Of a DNA stretch of 45,519 bases, positions 24,701-34,620 are shown piece by piece (position 1 is the stretch's first letter; every line of letters starts with the position of its first letter). The stretch comes from Candidatus Shapirobacteria bacterium (GTDB lineage Bacteria > Patescibacteriota > Microgenomatia > UBA12405), in contig JBAXAJ010000005.1 of the NCBI GenBank assembly GCA_037142555.1, positions 1 to 45,519 of the forward strand. The letters run 5' to 3'. Position numbers and translations under genes: made by a program. The notes beneath the pieces are model-generated. The model saw nothing but the letters and a program-made list of their open reading frames with translations, searched no databases and was not told the DNA's origin.

Positions 24701-26040
24701 CTGACCAACGAATAAATACTTTGCTTAAAAACAATATTACTATTTTTTGGAATATTATTTTCTGTAAAAAGTGTGTATAAATGTGCGTTTTCTATGTTTT
24801 TTGGTGATTTATTTAAATAATCAAAAAGGTAATCAAAACCAAAATTTTTACCTAAATCTGTTTGATAACTCAAATTAAATGGTTGATCTTGTTTTTGATT
24901 AATTAAATAGTTAACAATAGATTTTTTATCATTAAGAGTAACTGATGAATTTTTTAAATTAATTATTTTATAAATGGAAAAGGAAAAGAAAATAAAAATT
25001 ATAAATATTAAAATTATATTTTTCTTTATTATTTTAGATAATATGAGAGCTAAAAATAATGGAATTAAAGCAGTCACCATAATATAGTAATATTCTGAAA
25101 TAGCACCTTTATATTGAGATAAAACTAAAACAGGAAATAAAATCCAAATTAAAACTAAAATTTTATTTTTGTTTCCCTTAATTAATAATGGAGAAATAAT
25201 TAAAACTAATAAAAAGAATAATCGTTCATATATTATTGGAAAAAAATTAAATATATTAAGATTACGCCAAAAAGATCTTAACCAAATGTAGTTAGTTGTT
25301 GTAGTAGAAATATCTTTATTACCAAAAATCATTAAAAATAATTTGTTTAAATTCAAAAAATCATGTCTAAAATCAAAAATAATTAAAGGAATAAAAGGAA
25401 TACAAAAAAGTAAAATTCCTAAAAATATTTCTTTTAATTTAGGTTTTTTTGGAGCTAAAAAAAATGAAAATATAATAATTGGGACTAAAGAAATAGATAC
25501 TAAGTGAATATTAGAAATAAAGCCAGCAAAAAGCATAGCTAAAGGGAAATAAAACTTTTTATTAATAGCTTGGTAGCAAATATAAAAAGCAGAAATGGCT
25601 ATAAGTGGTGAATACATAACATTCCAACAAATTGTTCCTAAACAAATGGAAATAAAAAGAGAGGCGATAAGAGCTATTTTAATATTAAAAATATTTTTAA
25701 TAAGAAAAAAAGAAATAATGATAGTCAGAATGTTAATAAAAATAACAGCGTAACTACCAGCAATTGGATCACCTTTGGTTGCTAAAAAGAAAGGTAACAA
25801 AAAATAATAATGATATGGTCCAACAAAAAAACCATTATCATTACTAACTCTAGGACCGATAAGAAGAGGTTTTTTCTGGTTAATAATAGAAAAAACTTTT
25901 GTAGCATCGTCAGCTTGGTCCCATTCAAATGTATAACCTTTATTAATTTTTACTAAAGAAAAAAATAGAACAAAAGAAATGGCTAATAAAATTGAAAAAA
26001 TTATTGAAAAATTAATTTTCTTCATAAAATATTTTAGCAT
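24694..26040 (-). CDS. Polytopic GT-C-like (ArnT/PMT-type) glycosyltransferase candidate
   Basis: At least 10 predicted TM segments. Acidic first-loop motif FEWDQADDA and a soluble C-terminal domain. Family call rests on architecture only. Confidence 0.4.
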   Translation of the reverse strand: MLKYFMKKINFSIIFSILLAISFVLFFSLVKINKGYTFEWDQADDATKVFSIINQKKPLLIGPRVSNDNGFFVGPYHYYFLLPFFLATKGDPIAGSYAVIFINILTIIISFFLIKNIFNIKIALIASLFISICLGTICWNVMYSPLIAISAFYICYQAINKKFYFPLAMLFAGFISNIHLVSISLVPIIIFSFFLAPKKPKLKEIFLGILLFCIPFIPLIIFDFRHDFLNLNKLFLMIFGNKDISTTTTNYIWLRSFWRNLNIFNFFPIIYERLFFLLVLIISPLLIKGNKNKILVLIWILFPVLVLSQYKGAISEYYYIMVTALIPLFLALILSKIIKKNIILIFIIFIFFSFSIYKIINLKNSSVTLNDKKSIVNYLINQKQDQPFNLSYQTDLGKNFGFDYLFDYLNKSPKNIENAHLYTLFTENNIPKNSNIVFKQSIYSLVRN

Positions 26041-26055
26041 TAATGAACTATGTTT

Positions 26056-26616
26056 TTATTTGAATAACCTATTTGATTCAAGTGGTTTTTCGATGATTGA
26101 TTCAAAAAATCTTTTAATTAATGATTGAGTGGTTTTATAATCTTTTTTCTCATAATAATCAAAAATTTCTTGAGGAACTCCAAAGCCTAAAACTTGAAGA
26201 AATAAAATTTCATTTTTAACATATTGATTAATTAAATTATTATTAATAGCGTCAATTATTTTTTCAGATATTTCATATATCCCCTCTATTTGTTGATTAT
26301 CAGCAATTAAATTATTTACAATCTCTAGAAAATAAAAAAGGAGATTTAATTGAGTTAGAGATTTTTTATGTTGTAAAAAAGGACTGATTGTTTTTGATTC
26401 AGAAAGCCAAGTGTATTCGTTTTTGTAATAGAGTTGAGCTTGGATGATATTACCTAGCTGAAGAGTGCTTAGACGACTACTCCTAATGTTTTTGGCACCT
26501 TTAGCTAGAGCAGTTATTTTGCCTTTTCTAGGGGTTAAAAGAGTTACTAGAGTGTCAGATTCTTTAAGAGTTTTCTTATTAATGACGATACCTAATGTTG
26601 AATGGTATTTTTCCAT
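26056..26616 (-). CDS. recO: DNA repair protein RecO (short form)
   Basis: The N-terminal OB-fold pattern GIVINKKTLKESDTLVTLLTPRKGKITALAKGAKN..S matches RecO. At 186 aa it lacks the usual zinc-finger/C-terminal length. Confidence 0.6.
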   Translation of the reverse strand: MEKYHSTLGIVINKKTLKESDTLVTLLTPRKGKITALAKGAKNIRSSRLSTLQLGNIIQAQLYYKNEYTWLSESKTISPFLQHKKSLTQLNLLFYFLEIVNNLIADNQQIEGIYEISEKIIDAINNNLINQYVKNEILFLQVLGFGVPQEIFDYYEKKDYKTTQSLIKRFFESIIEKPLESNRLFK

Positions 26617-28560
26617 TTATAAAGCAAGTTTAATTGTCTTATCACCTGTCCAACTGAAAGTTTCTTGTTTCTGACCATTAACACTTAACTCATACTCAAA
26701 TGCTTTTGTTCCAGCTTGTTTCTGGAGATAAAGAACATAATTTTTGGTTGCAGGGACACTACTTTCATATTGGATGCTAGTTTTTAAAGTTGATTTAGCA
26801 TATAAAGGATATTTATTACCGAAGAAGCCTTCAAAAACTTGTTTTCCTAATTCTTCATATTGGACTGTTTCAACTTCAGACCCAGTCATTTTAATCATTT
26901 TAGATCCGGTTGGGACATAAAATCTAAACCAATCTCGATATTTGGCAGCGTTTAGACAAAGATCACCTTTCTCTAGATTACAATTTGAAGCAGCTTCAGG
27001 GTTATTGTAAGTGATGGTTATTTTATGACTGACTTTGCCGTTTTTTGTAGTTATTTCATGTTTAATTTTTTCAGTGATGAATAAATTAGATTTAGCACTG
27101 GCCATATTAGATTCAGTCACATTAAAATAATCAGTGTTTTTATCTGTTTGGACAATAGATCCAGCGATATTAGCTAGTTCAGCAGCTTTTTGAACTTCTG
27201 GATCTAAAAAGTAGAATAAGATATGTTTTTGTTGGATATCGGTGAACATTAATTGGGTTAATGGTCCAATTTTACTTTTTTCTGAACCCATGGCATTTAA
27301 TAATAAGGAATTCATCAAAGGTCCTAAGAAACCTTTTCGATTAGTATCAATGAATGATTTTGGTTTATCAGCAAGCATTTCTAGTTCATAAATTATTTGA
27401 GGACAACCATTACATCGTTGATCTGGTTCTGAAGAGAAATTACCAAAACCACTAACACCAACTTTCCCTAGAACTTTAACGAAATCAACTAAAACTTGAG
27501 TATCAATCCCAATAACAGCGTCTATTTTATCTTTTGATTTAACAACTTTATTGTAATTTTCTAGAAAAAGAGTTGTGCTAGTTGGGAAATCTGGGGAAAT
27601 ATTCATATCACGAAGATTGTAGTAAGGAACATTGATATGATAGGCCTTGATTGGTCGTGGAGCTGGGATCCTACTATTTAGTTTAGCGTCTAATGCATAG
27701 ATATCATCAGAAACTGTGGAAGTCACTTTACCATTGTCAACTTTAATGATTCCATAGGCAGTCCAAAAACCACCAGTAGGTCTTAATTCAGCATCATTTT
27801 GGAAGATCATTAGATATTGTCGAGGTTTATCTTTACCTAGTAACCAAGAAATTTTAGAAAGTATTGGTTGACCATTTTTGATTAGAGTGTGAGTTTGATC
27901 GACTGTTTCTTGAGCCGATAAAATACTTGATCTTAATTTAAAGCCTTTGAATTCTTCTGGATAGCGTTTAGCATTGATTTGATTAAGAGAAGTTTCAATG
28001 TTGGTGATTTTATTATCAATAGTGCCTAAATGAGGGATCAAACCTTCGATTGATTGAGTCAAGAAAGCAATTCTATCTTCGGTGGTTTGTTCACCACTAG
28101 TTGATGTTCCTTTGGCCCCAATAAAATCTTTGTAAGGTTCTATGGCTTGGATAACGATATCGCCAGTGTCGAGACCATCTTTAATGATAGATATAACTCT
28201 TTTCCCATCTTTATAGTAGTTATTAGCAATTGGGATTATAGACATGTAACCTAATCTTTTGTAAGTTGATTCAATATTTTTAGTGTATATTCTGAGTTTC
28301 GAGATGCTTTCTTTAGCTTTTACTAAATCCTTATCATTGGCAGCTTGTTTTAGAACTTTGGCTTCTGCTTGAGCTATTTTAGCTTGAGATGCTATTTGTT
28401 TTATTGGAATAAAAACAAAGAAAAATCCTAAAATACCAATTACTGTTATGGAAATTAATAATATAGAGAAAAATGGTTTACTTAATATTTTTTTGATTTT
28501 AATTAACATATCATTTTTAGGGTTAATTTCTTTAGCTGGAGATAGATTAGTAAGATCCAT
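26617..28560 (-). CDS. DUF4012-domain envelope protein
   Basis: N-terminal TM segment. FQNDAELRPTGGFWTAYG matches the DUF4012 hallmark (N.AE.R.TGGF.G.Y). 647 aa. Confidence 0.6.
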   Translation of the reverse strand: MDLTNLSPAKEINPKNDMLIKIKKILSKPFFSILLISITVIGILGFFFVFIPIKQIASQAKIAQAEAKVLKQAANDKDLVKAKESISKLRIYTKNIESTYKRLGYMSIIPIANNYYKDGKRVISIIKDGLDTGDIVIQAIEPYKDFIGAKGTSTSGEQTTEDRIAFLTQSIEGLIPHLGTIDNKITNIETSLNQINAKRYPEEFKGFKLRSSILSAQETVDQTHTLIKNGQPILSKISWLLGKDKPRQYLMIFQNDAELRPTGGFWTAYGIIKVDNGKVTSTVSDDIYALDAKLNSRIPAPRPIKAYHINVPYYNLRDMNISPDFPTSTTLFLENYNKVVKSKDKIDAVIGIDTQVLVDFVKVLGKVGVSGFGNFSSEPDQRCNGCPQIIYELEMLADKPKSFIDTNRKGFLGPLMNSLLLNAMGSEKSKIGPLTQLMFTDIQQKHILFYFLDPEVQKAAELANIAGSIVQTDKNTDYFNVTESNMASAKSNLFITEKIKHEITTKNGKVSHKITITYNNPEAASNCNLEKGDLCLNAAKYRDWFRFYVPTGSKMIKMTGSEVETVQYEELGKQVFEGFFGNKYPLYAKSTLKTSIQYESSVPATKNYVLYLQKQAGTKAFEYELSVNGQKQETFSWTGDKTIKLAL

Positions 28561-28590
28561 AATTATTAGTGTAACTTATTATTTGAAGCT

Positions 28591-29244
28591 TTACCAGCGT
28601 GACAACATCGCCATTGGGGTTTTAATAATTATTTTAATTTCTTGAATAATAGATCTATTGTGAATGTAATGACAATCTAACCTAGCTCTTTGTTCGAAAG
28701 TTAATTCATTACGACCTGAGGTTTGCCAGAGCCCAGTTATTCCTGGTTTGACTGATCTTATTTGTTTGATTTGATCTTTGGTTTGAGGATATTTTTCTTC
28801 ATATTCTTGTAGTTCTTCTTCTCTGTAGGCTCTTGGCCCGATTAAACTCATGTCTCCTTTAAGAACATTAATTAATTGAGGGAATTCATCTATAGTTAAA
28901 GACCTGATTATTTTTCCAACAGGAGTTATTCTTGGATCTTCTGACATTGGTAGTTTCCAACCAGCATCTTTATATTTTTTCCATAATTCTGGATAGTTAT
29001 CTTTTAATCTTTTATCATTATCCCCTATGTACATTGATCTGAATTTGTACATCAAAAATTGTTTACTATTTTTACCGACTCTTTTTTGTCTAAATAAAAC
29101 TGGTCCAGGAGATGATTGTTTAATGATAATAGCGGTTACGATCATTATTGGAAGGAAAAGAATTAAGAGGAATAGAGATCCAAATAAATCGATGCTTCTT
29201 TTAAATAAATCGAATGGTATGTTTCTTATTTCTTTGTTTGTCAT
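28591..29244 (-). CDS. Small monotopic phosphoglycosyl transferase (bacterial sugar transferase, PglC/WbaP C-terminal type)
   Basis: KRSIDLFGSLFLLILFLPIMIV, PGPVLFRQKRVGKN, MYKFRSM, DEFPQLINVLKGDMSLIGPR. Confidence 0.8.
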   Translation of the reverse strand: MTNKEIRNIPFDLFKRSIDLFGSLFLLILFLPIMIVTAIIIKQSSPGPVLFRQKRVGKNSKQFLMYKFRSMYIGDNDKRLKDNYPELWKKYKDAGWKLPMSEDPRITPVGKIIRSLTIDEFPQLINVLKGDMSLIGPRAYREEELQEYEEKYPQTKDQIKQIRSVKPGITGLWQTSGRNELTFEQRARLDCHYIHNRSIIQEIKIIIKTPMAMLSRW

Positions 29245-30335
29245 TTTTTCTTTAAAAAATATGGCTCAAGTTTTTTATTTTTAACTATTAATGTTACTAA
29301 ATCTCTGACCTTAAAGCTATCCTTTAAATTACAGATTAAAAGAGCATCTGGAGTGTCTATTATAGCTAAATCTTTGACACCGACTAGACCGACAATTTTT
29401 TTATCTAGACCAGAAACAAGACAATCGGATGATTTAACACTTAAAATTGGGGTATCTTTTGTGATTGAAGCTTGACCATCTTTATTTTTTGGTAAATTCA
29501 AAAAAATGTTTTCCCATTCACCAACATCACTCCAATCAAAGGAAGCAGGAATGACTAAAATATTTTTAGATTTTTCAGAAATAGCTCTGTCTATTGGTAG
29601 TTCTTGAGAACTTAAATAAACATCGATGATTTTTTTTGGATTATTTAAATTAGTTTCGATTTTTAAATAGTCTTTATAATAATTAGGGTTTAGATTTTTG
29701 AATTCTGATTCAATAGTCTTAATTGAAAAAGTGTAGATTCCGGAATTCCAAAAAGCTTGTTTTTTGATTAGTTTTTGAGCATTATTAATTTCTGGTTTTT
29801 CAATAAAAGTGGAAACAGTAGAATAATTTTTAGTTTTAATTTGAGGGACAATATATCCATAAGATGTGTCAGGGCTAGTTGCTTTTATACCAATGGTGAT
29901 AATGGAATCATTGTTTTTGGCTAGATTTTTAGCTTTAATGAGATCTATTTTAAATTTGTTTACATTTTTAATGTAGTGGTCTGAAGGAAGACTGCTGATG
30001 ATGGCGTTTGGATTTATATTTTTAATATAAGCAGTTGCATAGAGTATAGCTAGAGCAGTGTTTTTCTTGATAGGTTCGCTAATTATATTTTTTTTAGGGA
30101 TATTTTTGCAAATTTTGGCAATTTTATTAAAATAGTTTTTATTGGAAATGATGAAAATATTGTCTTTTGAAGTGATTTTTAAGGCTCGTTTAACAGTTTC
30201 TTCAAGAAGTGATTCTTTTCCAAAAAGAGATAAAAATTGTTTCGGATTGTTAGCTCTTGAGAGAGGCCAGAGTCTTGGTCCGGTGCCACCACAAAGAATT
30301 AAGATACAATGCTTTTGTTTTGGTGTTTTTTCCAT
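29241..30335 (-). CDS. Mannose-1-phosphate guanylyltransferase-like nucleotidyltransferase
   Basis: ILCGGTGPRLWPLSR...PKQF N-terminal NTP-transferase box. ManC-like length, without a C-terminal cupin/PMI domain. Confidence 0.65.
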   Translation of the reverse strand: MEKTPKQKHCILILCGGTGPRLWPLSRANNPKQFLSLFGKESLLEETVKRALKITSKDNIFIISNKNYFNKIAKICKNIPKKNIISEPIKKNTALAILYATAYIKNINPNAIISSLPSDHYIKNVNKFKIDLIKAKNLAKNNDSIITIGIKATSPDTSYGYIVPQIKTKNYSTVSTFIEKPEINNAQKLIKKQAFWNSGIYTFSIKTIESEFKNLNPNYYKDYLKIETNLNNPKKIIDVYLSSQELPIDRAISEKSKNILVIPASFDWSDVGEWENIFLNLPKNKDGQASITKDTPILSVKSSDCLVSGLDKKIVGLVGVKDLAIIDTPDALLICNLKDSFKVRDLVTLIVKNKKLEPYFLKKK

Positions 30336-31444
30336 AAGTTTTTGACTGTTTGATTAAAGTTTAGCATAAAATTATGATTGGAAAAACGAGCGGCATTATT
30401 AACACAATTTTGTGGAGAAAAAGTTTCGTTTTGAAATTCTGCTAAAGCCTTAACTAACGATTTTACTGATTGTTTATTAAAAAATATGCCTGTTTTATGG
30501 TCAATAACAGTTTCAGTGATTCCACCTTGGTTAAAAGCAATGATTGGTTTGCCACAAGCTTGGGCTTCAATTGGAGTTAGACCAAAATCTTCAATTTGAG
30601 GGCAAATTAGAGCTTGGCAATTTTGGTATAGATTGAGTAATTTTTGATCATCAATGTTTCTTAATATTTTTATATTTTTATCATTGAGACTGTTAATTAA
30701 ATTAGTTAACTCTTTCTTTTGTCTCCCCTTGCCTACTATCTTTAAATTTAAATTTAATTGGTGACAAGCTTTGATGGCTAAATCAATTTTTTTGTGGGAA
30801 ACCAGTCGAGAAACTATTAGAAAATATTTTTCGTCAGTTTTTTTTGATGATGGAACAAAAAAAGAAGTGTCAATACCAGGATAAATTATTTCTGATGGTC
30901 GATTGTAGTTTTTTAAAATTCTTTCTTGGACTGTTTTTGAATTACATAAAAGATAGTCTGGTCGTTTGGCAAAAATATAATCTATTTTTTTATAGACATC
31001 TAAAATTACTTTTAAAAATAAAAATTGTTTAGGAGTTTGGTAGACATAACGATTTATGTTGTGGAGATAACAAAGGAATAAAGTTTCTGGTTGAGTTATT
31101 AGACAATGGCCAGAAACAGAAGTGGTGGAAATCACGACATCATATTGAGAAAAATCAAATTGTTCTAGAGCAATGGAATAAAGTGGAGTATAAAAAATGT
31201 TATTTTTTTTTGAAAAAGGAAGTTTATTTATAAAAGAAGTGATTACTTTGACATTTTTTGGCAACCAAGAAGTTTTTTTAGGATCATAGACTAAAGTGTA
31301 GATTGGAGCATCTGGATAAAGTTTGATTAAATCAAGTAACACTTTTTCAGCACCACCCCATTGATTTAACCAGTCATAAAAAAGAGCTACTTTTAGATTG
31401 TCTTTTGGTAAACTTCGAGAGTTAATTTGGCTGTTTTGGTCCAT
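30299..31444 (-). CDS. GT4-family glycosyltransferase
   Basis: GT-B layout. EDFGLTPIEAQACGKPIIA (E-x7-E region). Confidence 0.7.
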   Translation of the reverse strand: MDQNSQINSRSLPKDNLKVALFYDWLNQWGGAEKVLLDLIKLYPDAPIYTLVYDPKKTSWLPKNVKVITSFINKLPFSKKNNIFYTPLYSIALEQFDFSQYDVVISTTSVSGHCLITQPETLFLCYLHNINRYVYQTPKQFLFLKVILDVYKKIDYIFAKRPDYLLCNSKTVQERILKNYNRPSEIIYPGIDTSFFVPSSKKTDEKYFLIVSRLVSHKKIDLAIKACHQLNLNLKIVGKGRQKKELTNLINSLNDKNIKILRNIDDQKLLNLYQNCQALICPQIEDFGLTPIEAQACGKPIIAFNQGGITETVIDHKTGIFFNKQSVKSLVKALAEFQNETFSPQNCVNNAARFSNHNFMLNFNQTVKNLWKKHQNKSIVS

Positions 31445-32496
31445 GAATATTTTAATAATTGTTTGTGACCTAATTTAATTAGTTCAGATCTCAAAGTTAG
31501 TGATTTTTGAAGTTTTTGAATTTGATCAATTAAATCTTTGGCTTGGTAAGGATTAAAATATAGAACTGAATCTTGATATATTTCTGGGAGACAACTTAAA
31601 TTTGATGATATTACTGGGCAATTTAGAGCCATGGCTTCGAGTCCAGTTAAACTGAACCCTTCCATTAATGACGGATGGACTAGAGCTAGAGCTTTTGAAT
31701 ATATGTTTTGGAAACCAGTGTCATCGACATAACCTAAAAATTCAACTTGTTTAGTTAGTTTTAATTTTTTAATTGAAACTTCTAATTTTTCACTGAAATA
31801 GTTTCTTGAACAAATTATTTTTAATTTTAGTTTTGGAAGTTTGGTGAGAGCTAATAAAATAATTTTAATGTTTTTGTGAGGATATAAATTGCCAGTGTAG
31901 ACAATGTAGTTTTCTGGTTTTTCAATTATTTTTAATTTTAAATCTAAAAATTTTGGATCAACTGCTTCATGAGTGGTGGTTATATCTTTAGATTTTACTT
32001 TAAAGTTTTTGATTAAATATTCTCTCCAAAAATTACTAGGGACAATTATTTTACTGCTTTTAATGACAATATTAATTAAAAATAAATAAGATAGATGTTT
32101 TAGCCAATAAATGGAAGGATTTTTAGTGGTGGTTTCTTTACCTTTAAAAAAGTGTTTAATTAAATCGTGGACAGTGACCACTGATTTACCAAAATAAAAA
32201 ATTGGTTTATTAAAGTGAGTGAAATGAACTAAATCAGCTTTAAGTCGATATAGCAAAAAAGGTAATAAAAGTTGTTCTTTGAGTGAATAGTGAGCGATGT
32301 CGGTGGAAATATAATTGAATTTGTTTCCTAGGTCTTTTTTAACTTCTGATTCTAAATCTTTATAGACTATCAGAGTAAATTTATATTTGTTGAAATCTGG
32401 AAGCTTAGAAAGAGCGATTAATAAATTTTTTGTGTAACGACCAATTCCAGTGTGTTTTGGGCCATAGAGTCGAGCGTCAATTACTATATGTTTCAT
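31393..32496 (-). CDS. GT4-family glycosyltransferase
   Basis: EGFSLTGLEAMALNCPVISS, typical GT4 C-terminal domain. Confidence 0.7.
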   Translation of the reverse strand: MKHIVIDARLYGPKHTGIGRYTKNLLIALSKLPDFNKYKFTLIVYKDLESEVKKDLGNKFNYISTDIAHYSLKEQLLLPFLLYRLKADLVHFTHFNKPIFYFGKSVVTVHDLIKHFFKGKETTTKNPSIYWLKHLSYLFLINIVIKSSKIIVPSNFWREYLIKNFKVKSKDITTTHEAVDPKFLDLKLKIIEKPENYIVYTGNLYPHKNIKIILLALTKLPKLKLKIICSRNYFSEKLEVSIKKLKLTKQVEFLGYVDDTGFQNIYSKALALVHPSLMEGFSLTGLEAMALNCPVISSNLSCLPEIYQDSVLYFNPYQAKDLIDQIQKLQKSLTLRSELIKLGHKQLLKYSWTKTAKLTLEVYQKTI

Positions 32497-33404
32497 AAAT
32501 ATTTGGCTTTAAAAACTCTTTGGGTTTCTAATAATTTTATGCCACACATAACTATAAATTTAAGAGGAGCTGGATAATCTTTAATCAAATTTTCTTGATA
32601 GAAAATGCGCATAGCTTGAGTGCTGGCTTTAGCGATCATTATTTTAGTTTTTCTTGAGGCTTGAGTAATGTGTTTGGTCTGAGATTTAATTCCAGAAGAA
32701 ATTCCTTGATAATGAATTATTTCAAATTTAGGATTGAAAAATAAATTATATTTTTTATCTTTTAATTGGTAACAAAAATCGAGATCTTCTCCATAGAAAA
32801 AATATTTTTCATTCCACCATTTAACTTTTTTACCAACTTCGGTTTTGATCATTAAAAAGGCACCAACACAAGCTTCAATTGGATGAATAGTTTTTTTATT
32901 TAAATTTCCTAGAAAATAACCAGCGAAAAATTTGGAGTTAGGGAAAAGTTTTGAGAGGCCAGAAAAATAGCAAAGAGATCGCCATGGGTATGGGAAGCCA
33001 CGGTGACATTCTGGTTGTATTTTATTAGTGGAAGCCAAAATTATGGAACAAGTGGCAGCATCGACTTTTGCATTAGAATTGAAAAAATCTAACATGCCTT
33101 TTAGAGTGTTAGATTTAACTTTAGTATCGGGGTTTAAAAACAAAACATGTTTTGTTTTTGGAGAAATTATTTTTACACCTTGGTTATTCCCATAAGCAAA
33201 ACCTTTATTGGTTTTTAATTCTAGATATTTAATGTAGGAAGATTTGACTAATTTAGCTAATTTAATGCTGTTGTCAGTGGAACAATTATCAACAACTATT
33301 ACTTCAATTAAACATTTTCCAAGTTTAGATTTAGTGATGCTTTTAAGACATTCATTTAAATATTTTCCGGAATTATAATTTAAAATTATTACTGATAAAT
33401 CCAT
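32493..33404 (-). CDS. GT2-family glycosyltransferase
   Basis: LSVIILNYNSGKYL...VVDNCSTD...GFAYGNN...FLNPD (GT-A DxD context). Confidence 0.7.
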   Translation of the reverse strand: MDLSVIILNYNSGKYLNECLKSITKSKLGKCLIEVIVVDNCSTDNSIKLAKLVKSSYIKYLELKTNKGFAYGNNQGVKIISPKTKHVLFLNPDTKVKSNTLKGMLDFFNSNAKVDAATCSIILASTNKIQPECHRGFPYPWRSLCYFSGLSKLFPNSKFFAGYFLGNLNKKTIHPIEACVGAFLMIKTEVGKKVKWWNEKYFFYGEDLDFCYQLKDKKYNLFFNPKFEIIHYQGISSGIKSQTKHITQASRKTKIMIAKASTQAMRIFYQENLIKDYPAPLKFIVMCGIKLLETQRVFKAKYL

Positions 33405-33405
33405 T

Positions 33406-34620
33406 TTATTTTTTGTTATTAATTTTTTGATAAATTTGGTTTAGTCCATTAACACTGCCTTGGTATGAATATTTTTCACTGATTAATTTATTGGCTTCTT
33501 CCCCCATTGCTGTTCTTTTTTTATCGTCTTTTAAAAGATTAATAGTGTTAATTGCAACTTTGTCATAATCACAAATTATGGATTGTTTGAAATTTTCAAT
33601 TTTAATTCCACCCATTCCTTCTGGAGTAGTAATGATAGGAAGACGACATGCCATGGCTTCAAGAAATTTATTACGAGTTCCACCACCACTTCCCATTGGA
33701 GCAGTCAGAGCCCAACAATATTGATAATAATACATTGGATCTTTAGCTTGACCATCAAAATCGGCTTCTTCAACAATGATATCTTCAGATCGATAGTGAG
33801 CATAATAATCTGGAGCATGACGACCGATTATGTAGAATTTACAATCAGGGATGGCTTTTTTAAGTTTTGGCCAAACATCTTTTATAATCATTTCCACAGA
33901 TTCACGATTTTGCATCCATTTCATGTTGGAAACTCCGAAAAGAACTGATGGAAAAGGACTTTTCTTAGTTTTTGGTTTTGATTCAAAAAATTTATTATCA
34001 ACTCCATTTTGGAAAAGTTCAATGTCAGTTCTTTTAGTAATTTTAGAAATTAGTTCTTGATCCTCCTGGGCAAAAGCGACAACTGTGTGGGTGTTTTTCC
34101 AATAATGAGTTTCCCAGAATTTTAATTTTAAAACATCAATCCATAGCAGAGGGGCTAGCAATTTTTTCCAACCAGTTAAAGTTTCAACATAATGTTCATA
34201 AACTGCGTATTCGACTGTTAAGTCAACTAAAACTATTGGTACATCTGTTTTAGGGATGTTTGGCATTGGGTAGAAACAATCACAATGAATTAAATCAAAA
34301 GAGTTGTTATTTAATTCGTCTTGGATGGCTTGTCTAAACTTTTTATTGATATGTTTTACAACTAAAAAAGGATATGGACTGAAGGCGGTTAAAAGAACCT
34401 TTTTAGGATCCCAAGTTTTACCTCTCTTAACAACAATAACTTTTGAACAATATTGTTTGACATCTTCTAACCCTTCTTCATCAGGACTTAAACAGATTAG
34501 GGTGATGTCGTTGTCTGGAGATAAATATTTTATAGAATAAAATGAACTGTTTTGGCCACCAGACTGAGAAAGACGTGGAATGTATGGCGTGATCATTAAA
34601 ATTTTTCTTTTATTTTTCAT
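33406..34620 (-). CDS. GT4-like glycosyltransferase
   Basis: KILMITPY...SGGQ N-terminus and C-terminal GGGTRNKFLEAMACRLPIITT. Confidence 0.6.
   Translation of the reverse strand: MKNKRKILMITPYIPRLSQSGGQNSSFYSIKYLSPDNDITLICLSPDEEGLEDVKQYCSKVIVVKRGKTWDPKKVLLTAFSPYPFLVVKHINKKFRQAIQDELNNNSFDLIHCDCFYPMPNIPKTDVPIVLVDLTVEYAVYEHYVETLTGWKKLLAPLLWIDVLKLKFWETHYWKNTHTVVAFAQEDQELISKITKRTDIELFQNGVDNKFFESKPKTKKSPFPSVLFGVSNMKWMQNRESVEMIIKDVWPKLKKAIPDCKFYIIGRHAPDYYAHYRSEDIIVEEADFDGQAKDPMYYYQYCWALTAPMGSGGGTRNKFLEAMACRLPIITTPEGMGGIKIENFKQSIICDYDKVAINTINLLKDDKKRTAMGEEANKLISEKYSYQGSVNGLNQIYQKINNKK

Noticed and set aside
24694-26040. Very low-GC gene as a possible horizontally acquired island
   Set aside because: The composition is explained by an Ile/Phe/Leu/Lys/Asn-rich polytopic membrane protein in an already AT-rich genome. 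There are no flanking repeats, tRNA or integrase.
31203-31211. Homopolymer tracts (T9 here; T7-T8 runs at 34773-34787 and 42765-72) as phase-variation switches in glycan genes
   Set aside because: A/T runs of this length are expected from Lys/Asn/Phe codons in AT-rich coding DNA. Without read-level length heterogeneity nothing singles them out.
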